From contig NIVC01001306.1 in the NCBI GenBank assembly GCA_002269645.1, positions 186,482 through 250,481 on the forward strand: a stretch of 64,000 nt of DNA, written 5' to 3'. Source of the stretch: Macrostomum lignano (lineage: Eukaryota). Made by a program: the position numbers and the translations under genes. Positions 57,801 to 64,000 of this stretch are shown here, one piece after another. Within the stretch, counting starts at the first letter, position 1. Every line of letters starts with the position of its first letter. The notes beneath the pieces were generated by a model. The model searched no databases. It saw nothing but the letters and a program-made list of their open reading frames with translations, and was not told the DNA's origin.

Positions 57801-59606
57801 GATCGAGGAACGTGAAGGCTGGAGAATCTGAAGCTCGGAGATTTTAATGTTTTTTTTCCAAACGTTAATTTCGGGGCTTGTAAATTAGGGGCTATTCGAG
57901 ATTGTGAATTCACGAATCACCTCCAGCATTGTTGGATAAGGAAGCACGGCATTCAGGCCAGCGCAAGACGGCTTTTAATGTCGATTAGGGCTATCCTAGA
58001 GATCCTGGCCCAGCCAGTGTTCCACAGCAATAAAATCGAGCGAGTTTCAGGGTGCAGAGATGGGAGGATTTGGGGCCCTCCGTGGCTCCCCCCTCATTAG
58101 CAATTCAATCGGAAGTGATTAATGTGTGCGCGTGCCGTGCCTTGGGATAAAGACTGAACTGAAATCAGCCTGCTCGCTTTCGGATGCCCCCCCCCACTCC
58201 CCGAAGCAGAAGATTAAAAAGGAAATGCGGAAGCGAACGACGAGCGGAGAGATTAGAGGAGACCAGACGAGACGAGAGAAGGCCAGTGGAGGGGCGCAGG
58301 GCAGGGGCAGACAGACAGACAAGCACAGAGGAGAAACATGGTTTCCAAATTCTGAGCACAGACCGGTCATGCGGTGACCCAGATAGTGGAGAGGAAGCAG
58401 CAGCAGCAGCAGCAGCTGTGACAGAAACTTTACTGTCTAAGAATCGACACACACTCAGTGGGGCATGGGTGTCTGCTTTTTCTGTCAAGAAGCACCTGGC
58501 AGTGTGAGAATGTAATTTACTTTCAAGGTTCTAAGGTGTTTTACAACTAAAAGCAGACAAGCAAGCAATAATTCTTCCAAGCATGTCTGCTACTAGATTT
58601 TTTTCCTTTTCTCCAATATTATTTTGAAGCTTTAGAAATCTGCGTACCCGAAGTTATTGAAGTGTCAGCTTTTCGATGGGGGGGGGCAGACATGGGAGAA
58701 ATCCCAGCTGCTGCCGGCGTCAATGGTAATCGGACTCCAAGCTCTCAGTCCTCCTCCTCCTCCGCACGGGCTTAAAATGCTCTCTGATAATTAATTGCAT
58801 GCAAGACCTGGGCGGAACTTTGGCCGCCTTTGGGCTTGCGCAAACCTTATGCGAATGTATGCCTATAGTCGTATGTGTGTGTATATACTGTTAAGTCTCT
58901 TGATTGCGCAATCATTTACAGTCAAACGCCTGCGGGTTAAACGCGCCGGTCACGGTTGAACCCCCCCCGCCCGAGTGCCTGACTGCGCTGCAGACGCTCA
59001 TTAAAGCCAGGTACAATGCGTTAAACAATGGAACTTATACACTCGAAGCTTCAAAAACCCGCCAAACCAGAATTGTATAAGAGGCTTCTGTATGCTTAAA
59101 CTGCTTTTGCTGCTTCTGCTATTAGAAGAGTGACCCTTTAGTCCGAGCGAAAGCAGGAGGCAAACATGGCGCGGGCGGGCCTTAGCGCTGAGTGGCCGGT
59201 TTGAGTGGCCGGCAAAAGCACTTCGGTGCCTGTCGTAGCGGGACAAAATCAGACCAATTGGTGGCTGTGGCCCTCTTCTAAAAGCAGAGAGCAGAACAAG
59301 AGAGGAAGGAGAAAGGCGTCGCGGATAATGGCGGACCCGAAGGGTTGGTCAAAGAGAATTGGGAGCTGTTAAACAGGATTTTCATTTTAATTTCTCTATT
59401 TGCTCTGCTCAACCTGAGCACCTCACTATTGCGAGGTGGCTGCCCTCTCGAACAGTAAACGAATGGGCTCAATTGCTTTGACTAGGAGCAAATCTAATTG
59501 CTGTCAAACAGAAGACCTGTTTGCTCGATTGTTCTCCGTCCCTAATGTTTTACTTTTAACATAATTATGAAATATGATTAATAGGGCTGAATATTTCTTG
59601 AAAAAA

Positions 59607-59670
59607 CTCGACGAGCGGTAAAAGCGTGACTCTCGCGCCGCGACCCCAGGTTCGATTCCGTTCGCGGTCA
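59607..59670 (+). other. tRNA-Glu-like derived sequence, mirror copy
   Basis: Same sequence as 39110-39173, here on the + strand, followed by a ~55-bp body and (GACA)n. Confidence 0.5.
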
Positions 59671-59726
59671 CATTTATTTGGGTTTGTGTGCATGAAAATT
59701 GGCCTAGAGGTTGGCGTGCGATTCGA

Positions 59727-59799
<73 letters not shown>

Positions 59800-59802
59800 G
59801 GC

Positions 59803-59847
<45 letters not shown>

Positions 59848-59850
59848 GGC

Positions 59851-59931
<81 letters not shown>

Positions 59932-60624
59932 GTCAGAGACAGACTCCCAAGGCACAGAGACTAGACAGTCAGGGCCGCTGTACACCCTGTGTGAGCGTGT
60001 ACACGAGTGCATGCCTGTGTACAGTATTCAGGAGGCAGCGGAACGGGCAGGATTGCCGTCAGCGCTGGTTGTGGAACCATGTCGCCGAAGGCGTAGCGCC
60101 AGGGTGCCTGCAGCCCTGCTGCAAATCTTTATTTATTTATTTTATGGTAAGCTGATATTGCAAAAACGAATAAAGTTCTGCATATTTGTTTTTTAACTTA
60201 ACTCCACCTACAATGTCAATCGATGCACAAATTTGAATTCCTACAAACTGCTCAGCGCTATCTGATTACACCCAATCTGCAGCCAGTCGTGCATGAAAAA
60301 ACTGCTTAGCTAATTTATTCGGGCTAGAACTGATGCAGATTTTATCCCTAAAAATGTTATAGTGCTCAGCAGTTGGTGTTGTATCAAATTCTGCCACTCT
60401 GCATTTGTCACGTCCTCAATACATTTCGATTTTTTATGTGTATTGCTATTGATAGAAATTTGATACTTTCAAGAAGCGCTTCGTCCGGTCTGGGTGAATC
60501 TTGCTGGTTTCCCCTGTAGTCCACAGAATTAGTGCTTGTAGTTGGCGCGTTGGACTTGGATCCGTGACTTGAGAAGGATTTTCTAATCTTTATTGTCTCG
60601 GACCATCTCTTGTGTCTTCTAACT

Positions 60625-61288
60625 GACACTTTATATTGCGTCATGTAAAACTTCCTGACACAATAGTAACTGACACATTTATTGTGGCATCTAGAACTTC
60701 ATGACACAATAGAATCTGACACATTTTATTGTGGCATCTAGAACTTCCTGACACAGTAGCATCTGACACATTTTATTGCGTCACCTATAACTTCCTGACA
60801 CAGTAGCATCTGACACACTTTATTGCGTTACCTATAACTTCCTGACACAGTAGCATCTGACACATTTTATTGCGTTACCTATAACTTCCTGACACAGTAG
60901 CATCTGACACATTTTATTGCGTTACCTAGAACTTCCTGACACAGTAGCATCTGACACATTTTATTGCGTTACCTATAACTTCCTGACACAGTAGCATCTG
61001 ACACATTTTATTGCGTTACCTAGAACTTCCTGACACAGTAGCATCTGACACATTTTATTGCGTTACCTATAACTTCCTGACACAGTAGCATCTGACACAT
61101 TTTATTGCGTTACCTAGAACTTCCTGACACAGTAGCATCTGACACATTTTATTGCGTCACCTATAACTTCCTGACACAGTAGCATCTGACACATTTTATT
61201 GCGTCACCTATAACTTCCTGACACAGTAGCATCTGACACATTTTATTGCGTCACCTATAACTTCCTGACACAGTAGCATCTGACACAC
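60625..61288. repeat. 47-bp minisatellite, mirror copy
   Basis: Reverse complement of 37493-38155. Confidence 0.93.
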
Positions 61289-62759
61289 TGACATGTACGC
61301 AGTCTGATATCTGCTGTTCAGAACTATCGCTCATTCCAGCCACTAACTGTCAGTCAAGTCAATCAATTTTCGTCAAAATTTCTGTCAGCCCTTGCGAGAG
61401 AAGCTCATTTTAAAATCTTATTCGTCAGTCAACAGTCTCCTCTGATTTCCTTTGCTTATAAAATTTCTAATTCTTATCATTTCATTATGCCTCTAAGAAT
61501 ATATAATAATTATCGAATTTCTCACGCCTCGTGCAACAGCTCCGAAGTCCCGAAAGTTGCCTGAGGGGACACCTGCCAGCCCGGGGGGGGGGGGCACAGC
61601 AGCGCAGCAGGTGGTCTCTCAGCGGACAGACGCGCGTGTGTGCCACTCCCCCTCCGCCTCCCCCCCACCGAAGGTGGCAAATACAGAAATAGGAGACGGG
61701 ACTAAAAGAGGAAAATGGGCCCCCACATTTCCTGCTGAATAGATAGCGAGCGAGAGAGAAAAAGGCTGTCTGTCTGTCTGTCTATGGTATTAATGGGACC
61801 GAAAAAATCGTCGCCCCCCCTCAGCCCCCTCAGACCATAGACAATCGCGGCGAAAATAACCTGATACCAATTAGGGGTTTTTGGCCGGGCTGGGCGGGCT
61901 TGAGATGGGGGTTGCCCCGTCCTTTCTGTCGTCTCTGAGCCCCCCGAGCCTGATTGTGCTTCCCTCCGCTTGAACCTTCGCCGCCTCCCATCTGGGGTCT
62001 CCCATTGCCAGTCCCAGGCCAGAGAGGGCACAGAGGCTCCCTGTCAGGCGCCCAGACACAGGCTAAAAGGAGCCCAAATTTATATATTATAAGTGAAAGA
62101 AATCTGAAAGTAACAGGTGTTCCCTGAGGCGGGGTTCCCCTCGAACCCCTCTAAAACCAAAACCCTTTCACTAGCTTCCTACTGCTGCGCGTTAATTGGG
62201 GAAAATTGGGTATTGGAGCAAGAGCTCGAAGAGAATTAGACTGCCGAGCCTTTGACAGCTCTTAGCGGGAGGGCTGTGATGAGCGCGGAAAAAAGTGCTA
62301 TGAAGAAGACCCTGCACCTGCTCCATCGTACTCAGCAGGGGCGGCTGGAGATTGATAACGCGCAGGTTTTGTCACCAACTGGCTTGAGAGAATCAGACGG
62401 AGACAGGGAATGATCAACGCAATTTTGATTGCGTCAATGCCTACTGGCGAACTCCTCGCTCTGCTTGCGCAAGAAAGTCCGCAGTTTGAGAACGATTAAG
62501 ACTGAAAGGGCAGAGATACGGAGAACAATGCAGAAGGGTTGCTGGGGCAGCCGCAGGGTGGCGGAGTCGAAAAAGAAGAAAAACGAACTGTTTGCGCAAC
62601 TCCTGCGTCTTATTATTTAGTTGCCGTTTCTGATTGCGCAGACCAGACCTGAGAGTCTTTTATCCTGTTTATTTAATTACTGTTGCTTTGGCAACTATGA
62701 ATTTACCTTTTTTCAGCAGATTAGAGTTAGTTTCCGATTGAGGACGTTGAGCATTTTCT

Positions 62760-62812
62760 CTGTCTGTCTGTCTGTCTGTCTGTCTGTATGGCTGTCTGTA
62801 TGTCTGCCTGCC

Positions 62813-62865
<53 letters not shown>

Positions 62866-62948
62866 GCCTGTCTGTCTGTCTGTCTGCCTGTCTGCCTGCC
62901 TGTCTGTCTTTGTGTCTGTCATAGTGTCTGTTTGTCTGTCTGTCTTAG

Positions 62949-63009
<61 letters not shown>

Positions 63010-63076
63010 GCCTGTCTGTCTGTCTGTCTGCCTGTCTGCCTGCCTGTCTGTCTTTGTGTCTGTCATAGTGTCTTAG

Positions 63077-63153
<77 letters not shown>

Positions 63154-63311
63154 GCCTGTCTGTCTGTCTGTCTGCCTGTCTGCCTGCCTGTCTGTCTTTG
63201 TGTCTGTCATAGTGTCTGTTTGTCTGTCTGTCTTAGTGTCTGTCTGTCTGTCTGTCTGTCTGCCTGCCTGCCTGTCTGTCTGTCTGCCTTCTGTCTGTCT
63301 GTCTGCCTGCC

Positions 63312-63344
<33 letters not shown>

Positions 63345-63395
63345 GCCTGCCTGTCTGTCTGTCTGTCTGTCTTAGTGTCTGTCTGTCTGTCTGCC

Positions 63396-63460
<65 letters not shown>

Positions 63461-63467
63461 GCCTGCC

Positions 63468-63544
<77 letters not shown>

Positions 63545-63642
63545 GCCTGCCTGCCTGCCTGCCTGTCTGTCTGTCTGTCTGTCTGTCTGCCTGCCTGTCT
63601 GCCTGCCTGTCTGTCTGTCTCTCTGTCTGTCTGCCTGCCTGT
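62760..63642. repeat. (TCTG)n/(TGCC)n microsatellite, mirror copy
   Basis: Reverse complement of 35140-36020. Confidence 0.95.
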
Positions 63643-64000
63643 CAATAAATTCATAGATCCGTCAGCCCCAACTGATGGAGGCGGGTATCCGGCAGTGTCA
63701 GACAGTCAATCTCGCTATCTCTTTAGTCTTGACTTGATCAGTCTCTCAGCAATCGATTCCATAATTAGGCGTTAGTTGCCACCCAGCGCAGGACAGGCGG
63801 GTACCAACACCTTGCACAGGCGGTCGCCGATCGGTGTTTCCCTCCGCTCGCTGACAGCCCCAACTAAAAAGGGCGGTGGCGCGTGCCCCGCGCCTGAGGA
63901 CCAACTCCAGCGAATCGATATTTAAATTAGTGCGTCGAGTGTCCCGTCTGCCCGCGCTCGGGTTTTGGGCTGCCGCTATCTGCCACGGCGGGCGGTGGCC

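Larger units (their letters stand above)
52033..64000 (-). repeat. Right arm of the large inverted duplication (mirror of 34782-46736); continues beyond the window end
   Basis: GACAGATGAGG at 52033 is the reverse complement of CCTCATCTGTC ending at 46736; the last bases of the window mirror 34782. Confidence 0.97.

Overview
Eukaryotic (animal) genomic DNA; the AT-rich intergenic DNA, GC-rich exons and dense minisatellites are reminiscent of a flatworm such as Macrostomum (inference only). The first ~15.5 kb holds three spliced genes reconstructed by hand: a GABARAPL2/GATE-16-type ATG8 (+, 4 exons, 117 aa), a four-transmembrane CD20/MS4A-like protein (-, 3 exons, 247 aa) and an M14B carboxypeptidase E/D-like zinc peptidase with a signal peptide (+, 6 exons, ~476 aa). 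The remaining ~48 kb has no gene I can support. It contains about 20 different tandem-repeat families, small mobile-element relics (solo-LTR-like piece, tRNA-derived SINE-like heads, 3' end of a LINE) and, as the dominant structure, a near-identical inverted duplication of at least 12 kb (34782-46736 mirrored at 52033-64000, running off the window) around a ~5.3 kb spacer containing a 512-N assembly gap. That palindrome may be real or a haplotype/scaffolding artefact. Almost all long ORFs in the supplied track beyond 15 kb are translations of repeats. No prokaryotic system or CRISPR array is present.
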